Positions 43,384-58,904 of a stretch of 64,000 nt of DNA are shown here, in pieces (within the stretch, counting starts at the first letter, position 1; every line of letters starts with the position of its first letter). Source of the stretch: Eledone cirrhosa. Its lineage: Eukaryota. The stretch spans positions 98,580,001 to 98,644,000 of the forward strand of contig OZ024741.1 of the NCBI GenBank assembly GCA_964016885.1, written 5' to 3'. Below the pieces are notes generated by a model that was not told the origin of the DNA, did not search any database, and saw only the letters and a program-made list of their open reading frames with translations. The position numbers and the translations under genes were made by a program.

Positions 43384-43470
<87 letters not shown>

Positions 43471-43870
43471 GACAGACATACAGACAGAGACGGGGACAGA
43501 GATGTGTGTGTGCACGTGTATGTGTTTGTGTGTATACCTGTTTTATGTGTGTTACAGTCTTAAGGTCATGCAAACTAGGGGTTCGACAAAGGAGATCGAT
43601 AAATTAAATACCAGATAAGATACCAGATAGACGATCTGATCAGCTAAAGATCACTTTGTGGTGTTGCTCCAGCATGATTGCAATCTAATGGCTGAAACTA
43701 ATAAAAGGATGACATCACATTATCATGTTCTCAAACATGCCATTACAGGCGGCAAACAATATAACATATAACTAACATTGCAAGGCAGTTTCAAGACCTA
43801 GAATAACCTTTTCCATTTCACTTGCACTTGTCAACACCATTAAAATTATCTTCATACATGAAATAGAATA

Positions 43871-44215
43871 CAGTGTATCCCCGACATTCGCGACCCCCGC
43901 ATTCGCGATCCCGGTTATTCGCGGAATTTTCCTTAGTACCTAACTAATCACGGAATCGTAAATATCTTCCGCGATTTTTTTAATAGCATTTTTCATGGCA
44001 ATATATGTTTTGTTAAATTATTACTAACAATATACCGTATTTGCCGGCCTATTGGACGCTTCTTCTCATAAGACTCTCCCTCTTTTTTTTATAATATTTT
44101 ACGTTATATTTTGACGTTTATAGGCATTTTTATGGACCATGTTCAATATTCGCGGCTTTTCACTCTTCGTGGGTGCTCTAGGAACCTAATTCCCGCGAAT
44201 ACCGAGGGACAACTG
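43871..44215. mobile_element. Tigger/pogo-like MITE, with a possible nested Tc1/mariner-type terminus near 44033
   Basis: Imperfect TIRs cagtgtatccccgacattcgcg and cgcgaataccgagggacaactg, TA on the left, repeated ttcgcg subterminal motifs, and an internal taccgtatttgccggcctatt. Confidence 0.6.
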
Positions 44216-45769
44216 AATATTTAAATCCTCATTTTGTTCTAACCCTTTAATTTCTTTGAAAAAATAGGATACGATGCCTAGTATTGAATGTTTATTTAGG
44301 GATTTACTTGGGTTTTGTAGGACGGGATATATAATGTTTCCGAACGCTTCCATTTAATCTGGATTTTTTTCTGTGAGCGTTATGTATACATTTCTACATT
44401 TTCTGTAGTAGTTTATTCAGTGTAGCTTTAGTGGCGAGATCATAAAACCGTTTGTACACACTGTCCAAAGCAGGCGATTTTCTCCTCGTACACATAATGG
44501 TTTATATCACAAGATACTCATTTTGGGCATAGGTATAATCGATTGGATTAACACCAGTACTTGGCTGGGTCTTATATTTTCGATCCCAAATAACGATGAA
44601 AATCAAAGTTAAACTCAGTGAAACATAAACTCAGAAAGTAAAGGGAGGTAACTAAATACTAAAGTCTATCATGTTCACCACATTAACGATTCTAACATCC
44701 ACTGCCCTAATAATCATAAGGTAAACTTTTGTATCATGGACGCAAGACGATATATTTGCCATTGTTAACCTTTCATAAATAAATGGCCAATCTGACAGTA
44801 ACAGTTAGTAAAGTGGACTAATGTAATAAAAATATCGTTTTGTCTGGTGTGTTATTTATTGAATTGTTATGTATTTATTCCAGTCAGATCTGATTGAACA
44901 GACCTATGGTCAATGTCGTCCCAACAATGACCATCCCGTCTATTTGTATATTAACATCTTCATTGTCCAAAGTTTTGTTTTATTTTTAAAACGCTAAGTC
45001 ACAGTTTGAAACACATTTATGCTCGTATTTTCGACAAATCGGGCGACTGAACAGAAACTTCCTCGATAACACGGTATGTGGTGCATCGGTGGAAATGGTG
45101 GTGGTGGTGGTGGTAGTGGTGGTGGTGGTGGTAGTGGTGGTGGTGGTGGTGATGGCGGTGTGGTGGAGCTGTTGGTGGTGGTGGTGGTGGTGGTGCTGCT
45201 GCTGCTGCTGCTGCTGGTAGTGGTGGTGGTGGTGGTGGTGGTGGTGGTGGTATTGATTCTGTTCTTGTTGCTGTTGATGATGGTGGGGATAGCACAGGTG
45301 GAGGAGGCGTTTCTTCGTAGGGATATTAATCTGAAGGGTTTCATCTTTATTTCTGTAAGCTAATCATTAAGGTCGGAAATTGCAGATACGAGAAGTAAGC
45401 GGAGTGAAATGAGGCAAGACTCAAGAATCAAACCTGCATGTGGAACACAGCTTGCGGGGGAATTTACTACAAAACTGTGGCATTCACAAGTCCTTGAAGA
45501 TATATAGTTTATTATCATTCACTACCATCCTGAAGTATTTGTGATATTTGTTTAATTTAGTCCTGTGTCATAATTTCCGAATCTAAGCATCGTGTATGTA
45601 TGTATGTATGTTTGTTTGTTTGTGTGTGTGTGTATATATATATGTTCGTATGTGAATGTTTGCATGTATATATATATATATATATATGTGTTTGTATGAT
45701 TGTATATGAGTATGTACATGTATATACATACCCATTTACGTACGTATATACGTACGAACGTACGAATAT

Positions 45770-47230
<1,461 letters not shown>

Positions 47231-47400
47231 ATAGATAGGTAAATATACACGGGTGTGTATGATTGTGTATAGAAGATTATATTAATAAGAGGAATTCCAA
47301 CTTTGTCTGATTTACTCGTTTTATTTACAATCCTTTAAAATATATATAATGGTATTATAATGAAATAGTATGATAGAATATTAAATTCTAAGTGTTAATT

Positions 47401-47437
47401 GAACAAGTACTTTCATGCTTTCGCAATCTTCAGGTTC
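47401..47437 (-). ncRNA. Minimal type I hammerhead in the PLE terminal region (inverted arm)
   Basis: Reverse complement of 50077-50113. Confidence 0.8.
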
Positions 47438-47816
47438 ATGATATGTGGTGACAGTCGAGTTTGCAATTTTCAACTGTAATGAGATGGGTAAATTTCCTAC
47501 CTTTTATACATTTTATACAGAGAAAAGTGGCTCCAGAATGCAAAGCCCTGTAAACTGTATTTCGACCAATCAGTATGTAGTTTCACTGAATTACTACAGC
47601 TGATTGGTTTAAGCGTCACGGCTGGTTGAGCATGCTAACGACCAATAGTCATATCCAACGTATCAATTGTTTTGCTTTTTTGAAATGATGAAAATAGCAT
47701 TTTCTATTAATCATCACCATCAACATCACTTTTATTATTATTATTATTGTTGTTGTTGTTGTTGTTGTTAGTGGTCGTGGTCATAGTGGTAGTAGAAGTA
47801 ATACCTCTAGGCGTTA

Positions 47817-48561
47817 TTATTGTTCATTTAGCTTGGGTTTGAATTTATCAATAAAATTCTTTTCTTTGATTTTTCTCTTGATTTCACTTGGGCTGTGTAA
47901 TTTGTAGAATGGGAATATTATAAATATTCCCTGACCACATGTTGCCAGGTGGCCGCTTAGGGGTATCTGACGGACATTTGGGTCTCTGATTTGTTGACGG
48001 TGTACCCGTGCACGTTCCGATAGTGCATTTCCAGTTTGACCGACATATAGTTCTTCACAATTCGGGCATTTAATGCAGTAAATTAGATTTCTGCTTTTGC
48101 AGTTCATATTTGCATTTGTGAATATTTTTCCAGTTTTTGTTTTCATATATTGACCGGCGTGTATGGATTGACATGTGCCGCATCGATTATCATTGCATTT
48201 AGATACAGTGAATGATTGGTCTTTGTTGTTAAGGTCAAACTTTGCTTTTGTTAGCAATTGCTTCAAATTTTTTGGCTGTCTTTTACTAAGAGTCAAAGAT
48301 CGATCTGTGATTAAGCCTTTTAATTCATTACTTTGAGCAATGATCGGTAGGTTTGCTTTGGCAGTGTTGAAGATATTCTGGTGACATGGGTTGTGTGTCA
48401 TTATAAATGGTATGACCAGTTCTTGGTTTCTTCTTCTTTGGGTTGTTCTAAGTTGTTGTATAGGTATTTTTATAGCCCGCTGTATGCCATTTTCTATAAG
48501 TAGAGATGGGTATTTTTGTTTGAGCAAAAATTCTCTTAGTTCTGTTAGGCGTTTGTACCTG
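47817..48561 (-). pseudogene. Inverted truncated copy of the PLE ORF C-terminus (linker plus GIY-YIG)
   Basis: Its translation matches the C-terminal part of 48564-49700. Confidence 0.9.
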
Positions 48562-48563
48562 TA

Positions 48564-49700
48564 ATGGGATACTTAGAACAACAACTCTACCAAGAAATAG
48601 AGGAAAAATATAGTACTGACTTTAGAAAGTACATTGAAAAATCTTGGAAGAGATACCTTGACGACTGTTTCATCATCTGGACAGAATCTCTAGATACTCT
48701 GGATGAGTTCAATATCCTCCTGAATAACCTACACCCATCTCTCCAATTCACAAAAGAGATGAGTAGGACCAAATTACCATTCCTAGATATAATGATAATC
48801 AAAAACGACACCACCATTACCACGGATATATATTATAAACACACAGACACCCATCAATATCTGAATTTTAAGTCGTGCCATCCACCTCATACAAAACGCA
48901 ACATCCCATACTGCCTAGCCAGAAGAATTTGTACCATTGTAGAAGATACGAATACCAGGTACAAACGCCTAACAGAACTAAGAGAATTTTTGCTCAAACA
49001 AAAATACCCATCTCTACTTATAGAAAATGGCATACAGCGGGCTATAAAAATACCTATACAACAACTTAGAACAACCCAAAGAAGAAGAAACCAAGAACTG
49101 GTCATACCATTTATAATGACACACAACCCATGTCACCAGAATATCTTCAACACTGCCAAAGCAAACCTACCGATCATTGCTCAAAGTAATGAATTAAAAG
49201 GCTTAATCACAGATCGATCTTTGACTCTTAGTAAAAGACAGCCAAAAAATTTGAAGCAATTGCTAACAAAAGCAAAGTTTGACCTTAACAACAAAGACCA
49301 ATCATTCACTGTATCTAAATGCAATGATAATCGATGCGGCACATGTCAATCCATACACGCCGGTCAATATATGAAAACAAAAACTGGAAAAATATTCACA
49401 AATGCAAATATGAACTGCAAAAGCAGAAATCTAATTTACTGCATTAAATGTCCGAATTGTGAAGAACTATATGTCGGTCAAACTGGAAATGCACTATCGG
49501 AACGTGCACGGGTACACCGTCAACAAATCAGAGACCCAAATGTCCGTCAGATACCCCTAAGCGGCCACCTGGCAACATGTGGTCAGGGAATATTTATAAT
49601 ATTCCCATTCTACAAATTACACAGCCCAAGTGAAATCAAGAGAAAAATCAAAGAAAAGAATTTTATTGATAAATTCAAACCCAAGCTAAATGAACAATAA
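48564..49700 (+). CDS. PLE polyprotein C-terminal part (RT YLDD and thumb, Cys-rich linker, GIY-YIG endonuclease); 5'-truncated, so the Met is probably not the native start
   Basis: WKRYLDDCF, LPFLD, YYKHTDTHQYLNFKSCHP, CNDNRCGTC, NLIYCIKCPNCEELYVGQTG and terminal FIDKFKPKLN. The frame is uninterrupted. Confidence 0.92.
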   Translation: MGYLEQQLYQEIEEKYSTDFRKYIEKSWKRYLDDCFIIWTESLDTLDEFNILLNNLHPSLQFTKEMSRTKLPFLDIMIIKNDTTITTDIYYKHTDTHQYLNFKSCHPPHTKRNIPYCLARRICTIVEDTNTRYKRLTELREFLLKQKYPSLLIENGIQRAIKIPIQQLRTTQRRRNQELVIPFIMTHNPCHQNIFNTAKANLPIIAQSNELKGLITDRSLTLSKRQPKNLKQLLTKAKFDLNNKDQSFTVSKCNDNRCGTCQSIHAGQYMKTKTGKIFTNANMNCKSRNLIYCIKCPNCEELYVGQTGNALSERARVHRQQIRDPNVRQIPLSGHLATCGQGIFIIFPFYKLHSPSEIKRKIKEKNFIDKFKPKLNEQ

Positions 49701-50076
49701 TAACGCCTAGGGGTATTACTTCTACTACCACTATGACCACGACCACTAACAACAACAACAACAACAATAATAATAATAATAAAAGTGATGTTGATGGTGA
49801 TGATTAATAGAAAATGCTATTTTCATCATTTCAAAAAAGCAAAACAATTGATACGTTGGATATGACTATTGGTCGTTAGCATGCTCAACCAGCCGTGACG
49901 CTTAAACCAATCAGCTGTAGTAATTCAGTGAAACTACACACTGATTGGTCGAAATACAGTTTACAGGGCTTTGCATTCTGGAGCCACTTTTCTCTGTATA
50001 AAATGTATAAAAGGTAGGAAATTTACCCATCTCATTACAGTTGAAAATTGCAAACTCGACTGTCACCACATATCAT

Positions 50077-50113
50077 GAACCTGAAGATTGCGAAAGCATG
50101 AAAGTACTTGTTC
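50077..50113 (+). ncRNA. Minimal type I hammerhead in the PLE terminal region
   Basis: GAAC CTGAAGA tTGC-gaaa-GCAt GAAA GTAC TT GTTC, with palindromic GTAC stem III. Confidence 0.82.
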
Positions 50114-50335
50114 AATTAACACTTAGAATTTAATATTCTATCATACTATTTCATTATAATACCATTATATATATTTTAAAGGATTGTAAATAAAACGAGT
50201 AAATCAGACAAAGTTGGAATTCCTCTTATTAATATATATATATATATATGTATATATATATGTATATATATATGGATATATATATGTATATATATATGTA
50301 TATATATATGGATATATATATGTATATATATATGG

Positions 50336-50369
<34 letters not shown>

Positions 50370-50383
50370 GTATATATATATGG

Positions 50384-50637
<254 letters not shown>

Positions 50638-50703
50638 ATACATATATATATACAAATACATATATATATACATATACATATATATACATATACATATATA
50701 TAT

Positions 50704-50789
<86 letters not shown>

Positions 50790-51781
50790 ATACATATATA
50801 TATATACATATGTATGTACGTATATATACACATGTATGTACGTATTTATGTACCTACACACATACATGCGTATTTATGTATATATCTATGTACGTATGTA
50901 TATATGTGCTAATAGTTAAGAAGCCTGCATAACAAATTTGAGTTCCATGTTCGGTCTCACTGCGTAGCATTCTTGGGGAAGGTTTTATATCATATTCAAG
51001 GTGAACCTATGTTTTGTTCACAAAATTAGTTTGACATTTTGAGGTCTGCCGAACTGAACTTACAATAAAAAGGTCCAGACCTGGTAAGTATTGTGTCCAG
51101 TTTAATTTTCGTCAATGGAGTACTCAGTCGGATAAACCTCAATTTAACGATTTGACTGCTCGGTTGACCATAAAATTGGACGTCTTTATCGAAACCGCCG
51201 TGAGTCTATGTATGTATGTATGCATTTACGTCAGGTCGTTGTTGAGTGCTACTGCTAACATGTAACACAGTACAACCTGCCTCATAGTCGAGTGGTCGGC
51301 GACTAAACCGACAACCCCACTAAGCTTGCATGGTGAAGAGCGTTATATTTGGACACCGTGTGGGATGAAATACAAGACACGGCAAAGGGCGGAGGAACTC
51401 GGCAGAGTCAACGGCCATCCAAATAGTACTTTTCTTTTTGTTTTTTACCTGGGAGTGAAAGACCCCCAGTTGTTGTCACAACACTTTTCTAAAATAGGGA
51501 AACTCTGAAAAAACCTGCGGCTTCGGAAGCATCCGATGATGCTGACCAGTTCTCCTTTTCGGGTAGTGTTTTCGATGCTCAGAGAGGGGTATTGGTCGAG
51601 TGCAAGGCCTCTCCCCACTTAAAAAAACTTTCAAAGCACAGGCATTGCTTGTTCAGGATGTTACAGGTTCGTGTGGTTGGCCGTAGCCTAAAAGTGCACC
51701 AAATTCTATAATCTAGCAAGCGATTGCAGTACTCTTAGCAGAGTTTGCAGCCATCATGTATGTATGTATGTGTATATGTAT

Positions 51782-51821
<40 letters not shown>

Positions 51822-51848
51822 ATACATATACACATACATGCATACATG

Positions 51849-51954
51849 CATACAGATTCTTGGACGCATATATACATGCATCAACACATCCGTATATGCA
51901 ATCTATCTATCTGTCTATTTATCTGACCCTGTCTCTCCCTCTCTCCCTCTCTCT

Positions 51955-52016
<62 letters not shown>

Positions 52017-52114
52017 AGAGAGAGGGAGAGACAGGGTCAGATAAATAGACAGATAGATAGATTGCATATACGGATGTGTTGATGCATGTATATATGCGTC
52101 CAAGAATCTGTATG
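51849..52114. repeat. Inverted duplication (~100-bp arms) centred on (TA)n
   Basis: catacagattcttggacgc... pairs with ...gcgtccaagaatctgtatg. Confidence 0.92.
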
Positions 52115-52423
52115 TCTGAATATAAATACGAATGTAAGGAAGCAGAATGAGAGCGGAAAAACATAGGATAGAGGAGATAAAGAGAGACAGAGAGACAAAG
52201 ACAGAGAGAGATTTATGCATATACACGTAAGAATAAGTAGAGAAATATGCAAATATTAAATATACACGTTGCACATTGATATTGTAATATATGTAAATTT
52301 GAATATACATATGTGGTATACATACATGTATGCATGTAACTTTCTATTTAAGCATGTCTATCCGTATATATATATACATATGTACATATATATATATACA
52401 TACAAACACGGATACACACACAT

Positions 52424-52524
<101 letters not shown>

Positions 52525-52756
52525 TATTTATAATTTGTATGCATCTATCTATGTCTATATGAATACACATTTTCTAGCATCGTATTGTTGGCTGATATAA
52601 ACAAACTTATAGATATATTGATATTTCTTAGTATAAGTGCCTGTGTATAATAGCAGTTCGACAAAATGAGATCGATAAATTAAGTACCAGACTTGAAAAA
52701 TACGTACGGGTATCGATATATATATATATATATATGAAGTATCGATTGACTATCGT

Positions 52757-52948
52757 CAAATCGGACCGAGGAACCAATGTTTCCGTTGCTCGTTCCAGTT
52801 GCTAATACTATCTATCGGTCGCAACTCCAGGTAGAAGGAGCAACGTAAAATAAAGTGTCTTGCTCAACGACATAACACATCACCCGGTCCAGGAATTGAA
52901 CTGACAATCTCAAGATTTTGAATCCAATTCTCTAACCACTCAACCACG
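52757..52948 (-). mobile_element. tRNA-derived SINE (family S2)
   Basis: Homologous to 26985-27152. Confidence 0.7.
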
Positions 52949-52995
52949 ATGAAATTTGACACCGCACGAAAACTTGTAATGATAGTGAATTTGGC

Positions 52996-53032
<37 letters not shown>

Positions 53033-53470
53033 GGGAGGGGGTGATTTAGTTTTGGTCCTAGTGGCAGAGGGGGCACTTTACAGAAAATGGTTATATATAT
53101 GTGGTTATATATATATGGTTATATATATGTGTATGTGTGTATGAATATATATAGGCATGTATGTGTGCGTGTGTGCCTATTAGTATGTGTAATCATTTAT
53201 ATATGTATGAATATATGTTGTATATAAATGAATGTTCTTCCATTTGAAAGAGTAGATGTTGTGTGACGTAAAATTTAACTTATATAACTATATTTCAAAA
53301 TGGCTGTTGTGCTTTTGTTTTTTCGAGAAAGATTTCATAATGTTTCATCCTCCATGCTGCAGTGAGCAATTTGGGTCTATATGAAACTGTATTGCCACAC
53401 ATCTCCACTCAGTTTATTTCCTTAAACAGATACGCACACACATATACACAAACATACATTCACACACACA

Positions 53471-53520
<50 letters not shown>

Positions 53521-53618
53521 TGTATGTATGTATAAATATATAAACGCACACATACAAATAAGGTATACATCAGTCGTCTGTATATATATATACATGCACA
53601 AACACACATACGCACACA

Positions 53619-53742
<124 letters not shown>

Positions 53743-54350
53743 ATGTATGTATGTATGTATGTATGTATGTATGTATGTATGTATGTATGTATGTATCTAT
53801 GTATGTATGAATATGTATACGTACACACACAACCAAAACATACTTAGTTTTTTCTACTTTGTGGTTTCTCGTTTTCTGTGCTGTTGTTTTTGTTTTTGTT
53901 CATTTATTTATATTTATTTCTGTTTTTTTATTTTTCTGATACTTTAATGAAAGGTTACCTTTATTTCTGAATAGAATCGCCCACATTCCCGACAATTTTC
54001 TGTACAATATAGGTTATGACATTTCCATATTCTCTTCAGACGAGTGTATATATATATTTATATATATATCCGTTCTCTTGGAGAATATTTTCTACCTTCT
54101 ATGACATGTATACGGCAATAAATACTGGAAAGGAGAACCGTTCTTTTGAATGCGCCAAATGGGGAAAATATTGCTTTTGAAGGAAAAAAATGGTGTTTGT
54201 GGGTGTGGAGATGTTTGACTTGTTTGTGTCACTGTATATATGTATTCGTATGACTGTGTGTATACGTGTGAGCACATATGTCTTTGAAATAGAGATTATG
54301 TGTGCACATATATCTGTAGTTACTTTACCGTTTGTCTGACTTAGAATGTT

Positions 54351-54397
<47 letters not shown>

Positions 54398-56738
54398 ATA
54401 TATATATGTGTGTGTATAGAGTGTGCATGTGCATTTATAGCTACTTTTTTCTTGTTTGAAGTGTACAGGTTGTTGCACAGCAGAAAAGTCTGTGTTCGCT
54501 TATGTGGGTATATGGGTGTGTATGCGGATATAAGGGTGTAATGCATTATTTTCAGAGTATGTGTGTATTTATAGTTATTTTCGTCGTTTGATGTGTACAG
54601 GTTATCAAGCAGCATGGAATTATGAATGGGTCTATGTGTGATAGCATGGGGCTGTGTATGGCTGTTTATGTGCGTGTTTGTTTGTGTATGTAGTTATAAG
54701 AAAGGTGTTACCTTGCATGCCTATTTTTCTTTCCTGCTTTTAATATCAGGTTGTCTGACAATATATATGTGTATGAATGTGTATGTGTACTTATTACTGC
54801 GTCTGTATGTTTATCACTGCATGTGTGATTAAGAATTGAAATGTAATGTTTTTTTTTAGTATGTGTGTGTGAGTATGTATTACTTGTGTGTGCTGTGCGG
54901 GAATATGTGCTGAGTGTACTGTTGTACATGGGCTCAAGCATAGCAAAATAGTTAATCAGTTTGTGTTGCAATCAAGTGGTTCCTAATTTGGAATCTCATG
55001 ATTGTGAATGAAATTAGGTAAATGAAAACTGTGTTGAAACCCATCTGTAAACTGTAACTTTAATTCAAATGACCAGCCTTATCACATACTATGAGGCGCT
55101 GCTGTTAATGGATTATCTTAAGTGTACAAGTGTCTATATGATATTCAGGTCCTTTTAATATAATTGAATTGTTAGGCAGTTCAGTTGATTGAAATCTGGA
55201 ATACTCATTGTTGAAACAGACGGTGAAATCATGTGGCCGAGTGGTTAGGATGTTGCGCTTAAGATCACAATGTCGTGAGTTCGATGCCTTGACCGGATGG
55301 CACGTTGTAGTCTTGAGCAAAACATTTTATTTCACACTACTCTAGTCAACTCCTCTGAAAATGAGTAGTAGCAACGATCTAGCGTCTTGTTTGGAAGAGT
55401 ACATTATATTCTCATTCCCTTAATACCAACGGATCTAGGAAAATTGTTGCAATGAATATTAATACCTCTATCTGTATAACATTTTTAATGAATTTTTAAT
55501 CATAGCAGTTTTGCCTTGTGAGAATTTAAAATAAAAACCAGCAATATATTGAGGCATAGAATGCTACAAGTCTATTTTTCAATCAATAATGCTGTCTTCT
55601 CGACAAATGCAGCCTTTCATTTGAAACTTGAATTGGAATTTGCAGCTCACACTTACACAGATTTAGCTGGTTGCATACGAAGTATCGAGCTCATAACCTT
55701 ATAAATATGAATCGAACAGCCTAAATACTAGACCACTTGCATCTAGTTTAGTGATGACAAAATAAAAATCCATATAGGTTGATGTTATTATGATTGCTGC
55801 TTAGTCATGGCTAGAGTAAACCTATGTTCATTGGCGTTCCTGCCGTAATCAAATTGTGTTTTCATACATTGTCTAACGTCGACTTTCACTTTCTTTTAAA
55901 GGTTTGTGAGATTTTTCAGAGAATATTGTCTACTACTTGTAGCAGACCACTTACAGGCAACCATCTTGCTTGTGTGGTGACGGTGGTGCGAAGGGTGTAA
56001 TAATGCTCAAAATTGTATCGTTGTTGTTTTGCCTCCTAACTCTAGTCAGTGCTGGTCGAACAGACCACGATCATCCCGAATTCTTTTTTGCAGCTATAAG
56101 GCATATTTTCCAGCGTCTGTACTTTGAGGGAGATATTGCTGCTATTTTTATCTGCCAAGTCGAGCAACAACCTAGACGTTCCATCGTTGGCTCGAAAATC
56201 AATATATTGATATGAAATGTACGATGCCAGTCTGAATGTATTAGTGTGTTAATATATGCATATATAAGCAGTGGCATTGTTCCTAATCAAAAGGAATAAA
56301 TATATGCATGAAGGTGATGGTGTTAGTCGAGATGATACACCTAACTAAATGCAATGCAGTATTTCTTTTCTTTCTAATATGAATGGCTGAATGGTGAAAA
56401 CGTTAATCACATGGTGCTACGTTCGATCTTACAGCATGGTACATTGAGAAAAATACCCTTTACTACTGCTTTTGTAATTACCCGGTCCTTGTGAACGAAA
56501 GTATGTAGGTGAGCCTCAGTTGCACTATACTTGCAATTCAATTGTCCAGCCTTGTTGCACACAGTGGTATACTTGGCTACATAAAGTATGTAGTTCCATT
56601 GAGTGTGAAACTACTTTCAGACAGTAGCAGTAGAGCTGTTGACTTGTGATGTTGAGTTCAATTCTTCCCATGGGAGAAGCTACCTCCAAAATTCCACAGT
56701 CCTATCAAATAAGAGTTTTATTTCTCGGTCACCTAGAG

Positions 56739-58287
56739 CAGGGGTCACCAAACTACCGCCCGCGGGCCGGATCAGGCCCGCGACGTCAGTTCATCAGGCC
56801 CGCCGATGGTACTTGCATTTGCGTGATAAAACGGATGGAACAAGAGATATTTCTAATTCAATGTCTTTTTCATTTTCAGATCCCGTTTTCTTCATCCTTT
56901 ATTATTGCTACTAAGAAAAGAAAAGTGAACGCCGAGAAAAGTGAACGCCGCGTTTTCAATGAAGAATGGGGAGTAAAGTACTTCTTTGTGGAAACAAAGG
57001 ACCAGAAAGCTAGTTGCGTGGTATGCAGCGAAAGTGTTGCCGTTTTGAAAGAGTACAATCTTCAGCGTCACTATGAAACAAAACATCTATCAACATATTC
57101 AAAGTTTTCTGGAAAGTTACGCTCTGAGAAATATGAGTCCATGAAACGTGGTTTAGAAACTCAAAGAAATCGCTTTACGAGAAAGTTTGCTGAAAATGAA
57201 TCTGTCACTCGTACAAGTTACAAAATAGTGCATAAGTTGGCAGAGCGAGGAAAACCGTTTACTGATGGCAACTTCATCAAAGAGTGTATGATGGAAGCAA
57301 CAAATGACTTGTGTCCTGAGAAAGCCGATTTGTTTGGAAGTATCAGCCTTTCGGCAAGTTCAGTTGTGCGTAGAACAGAAGAACTTGGAGAGAACATAGT
57401 GCTACAGATACGCGAGAAAGCTAGGAACTTGTTGTGCTGTCATTGTTTGAAGCACAAATGGAAGGAGAAAACTTCTCTCATTTTCACTGTTTCAAAGAGT
57501 TTTGCGCTAAAATTGCTGAAGATGTCAACCTCGATTTTCCTAAAAAGATTATTCGTGACTTGAAGAAGCATTTTTTGGAGAGATTTTCAGATCTCGACAG
57601 AAATGAAAGTGACATTCTTCTGTTCCAGAATCCGTTTGATTGTAATCTTGATGATGTGCCAGTTGAACTACAGTTGGAGCTCATTGATTTGCAAGCAAAT
57701 GACTTGTTGAAAGAGAAGCACAGAGAAGGAAAACTTGTTGAATTTTACCGCTTCTTCCCTGATGTTGAGTTTCCGAAATTGAAGAAATTTGCCGCTGGTA
57801 TGGCATCATTGTTTGGAACAACTTATGTCTGTGAGCAAATATTTTTAAAAATGAAGTCAACACATCGAACGAGATTGACTGATGAACATTTGAAAGCAAT
57901 TCTCTTGATTGAATGCAGCAATTCCAAACCAAACATTGATGATATCTTGAAAGCCAAACGTCAGTTTCACAAATCTCATTAATCTTTTTTGCTGCTTAGT
58001 TTGTAAGATTAGGATATGTGCACACTAGGTCTGATGTAACTATATTTTTGCTAACGCCGCCTTCTTTGATAACGTTTTAGTAAATAAATATGTTGGTTGT
58101 CTTTGCTTTGTGTGCATTGCACGCCACTCACCCATGATTAACATGGAATGCTAAACGTAGTGTTTCGTCTTTTTTCCCAAAGCTTTCGTTCTGGCTTGCA
58201 AGTATTGAACAGAATGATTATGCGGCCCGCGCTCGTCATTCTTTCAGTTATCCGGCCCACTGTGAAAAAAGTTTGGTGACCCCCCTG
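56739..58287 (+). mobile_element. hAT DNA transposon (Charlie/Buster-type), internally deleted
   Basis: TIRs caggggtcaccaaact and agtttggtgacccc..ctg, with a perfect 8-bp TSD acctagag at 56731-56738 and 58288-58295. Confidence 0.95.
56903..57982 (+). pseudogene. hAT transposase remnant (GTF2IRD2/Charlie-like): N-terminus fused out of frame to the C-terminus, catalytic middle missing
   Basis: KRKV..RVFNEEW..KYFF..CVVC..LKEYNLQRHYETKH and KPFTDGNFIKECM, then a frame change near 57437 to LFQNPF..LQLELIDLQ..FGTTYVCEQIF..RTRLTDEHL. Confidence 0.88.
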
Positions 58288-58631
58288 ACCTAGAGTAATG
58301 AAAAAGTGGAGAGGAGGGGTAAGAGCTATTCCCAGAGATGAGTCAAGTGAAAGTTAGCTACAGGGTTACTTAAATAATAGTAATATGTAAAAGATGAAGG
58401 CATGCAGCTTAGAGGTTAGGGTATTAGGTTCACGGTCATAAAGTCGTGAGTTCAATTCGCTGCCGCGCGTTGTGTCTTTGAGCATGACACTTTATTTATG
58501 TATATATATATTTGTTAAGAAGTACTTAATGATGTGTGCAGTGCGAAAAACATATTGATGTATATATGTATATATATGTGTGTATGTGTGTATACATACA
58601 TACATACATACATACATACATACATACATAC

Positions 58632-58662
<31 letters not shown>

Positions 58663-58904
58663 CATACATCAATCAATTTGTGTTTTTCGCACTATAAGGG
58701 GTCGATTCTTCCTCTCTCTAGAAAATATCTGCTGTACTCAGACCTGGAGAGGATGGGCTCCGCCAGGCTTAAAATGCCCAAGGAACGCCGCATGCCAATA
58801 CGGCACCCCTACAGCTCTATCAGAGGTTACGGGACCATAACATACCATATATATATATATATTCTTTTAATATAAGATCGTTATAACAAAAGGACTTATA
58901 TATA

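Larger units (their letters stand above)
47232..50233. mobile_element. Penelope-like retroelement, 5'-truncated, head-to-head inverted structure inserted in (TA)n
   Basis: 47281-48561 is the near-identical reverse complement of 48956-50233. Contains an RT plus GIY-YIG ORF and an HHR in each arm. The left arm has an extra ~50-nt tail. Confidence 0.95.

Noticed and set aside
55970-56215. Short ORF with a signal-peptide-like start
   Set aside because: It has no ATG start and no recognisable domain, and it appears to overlap decayed repeat sequence.
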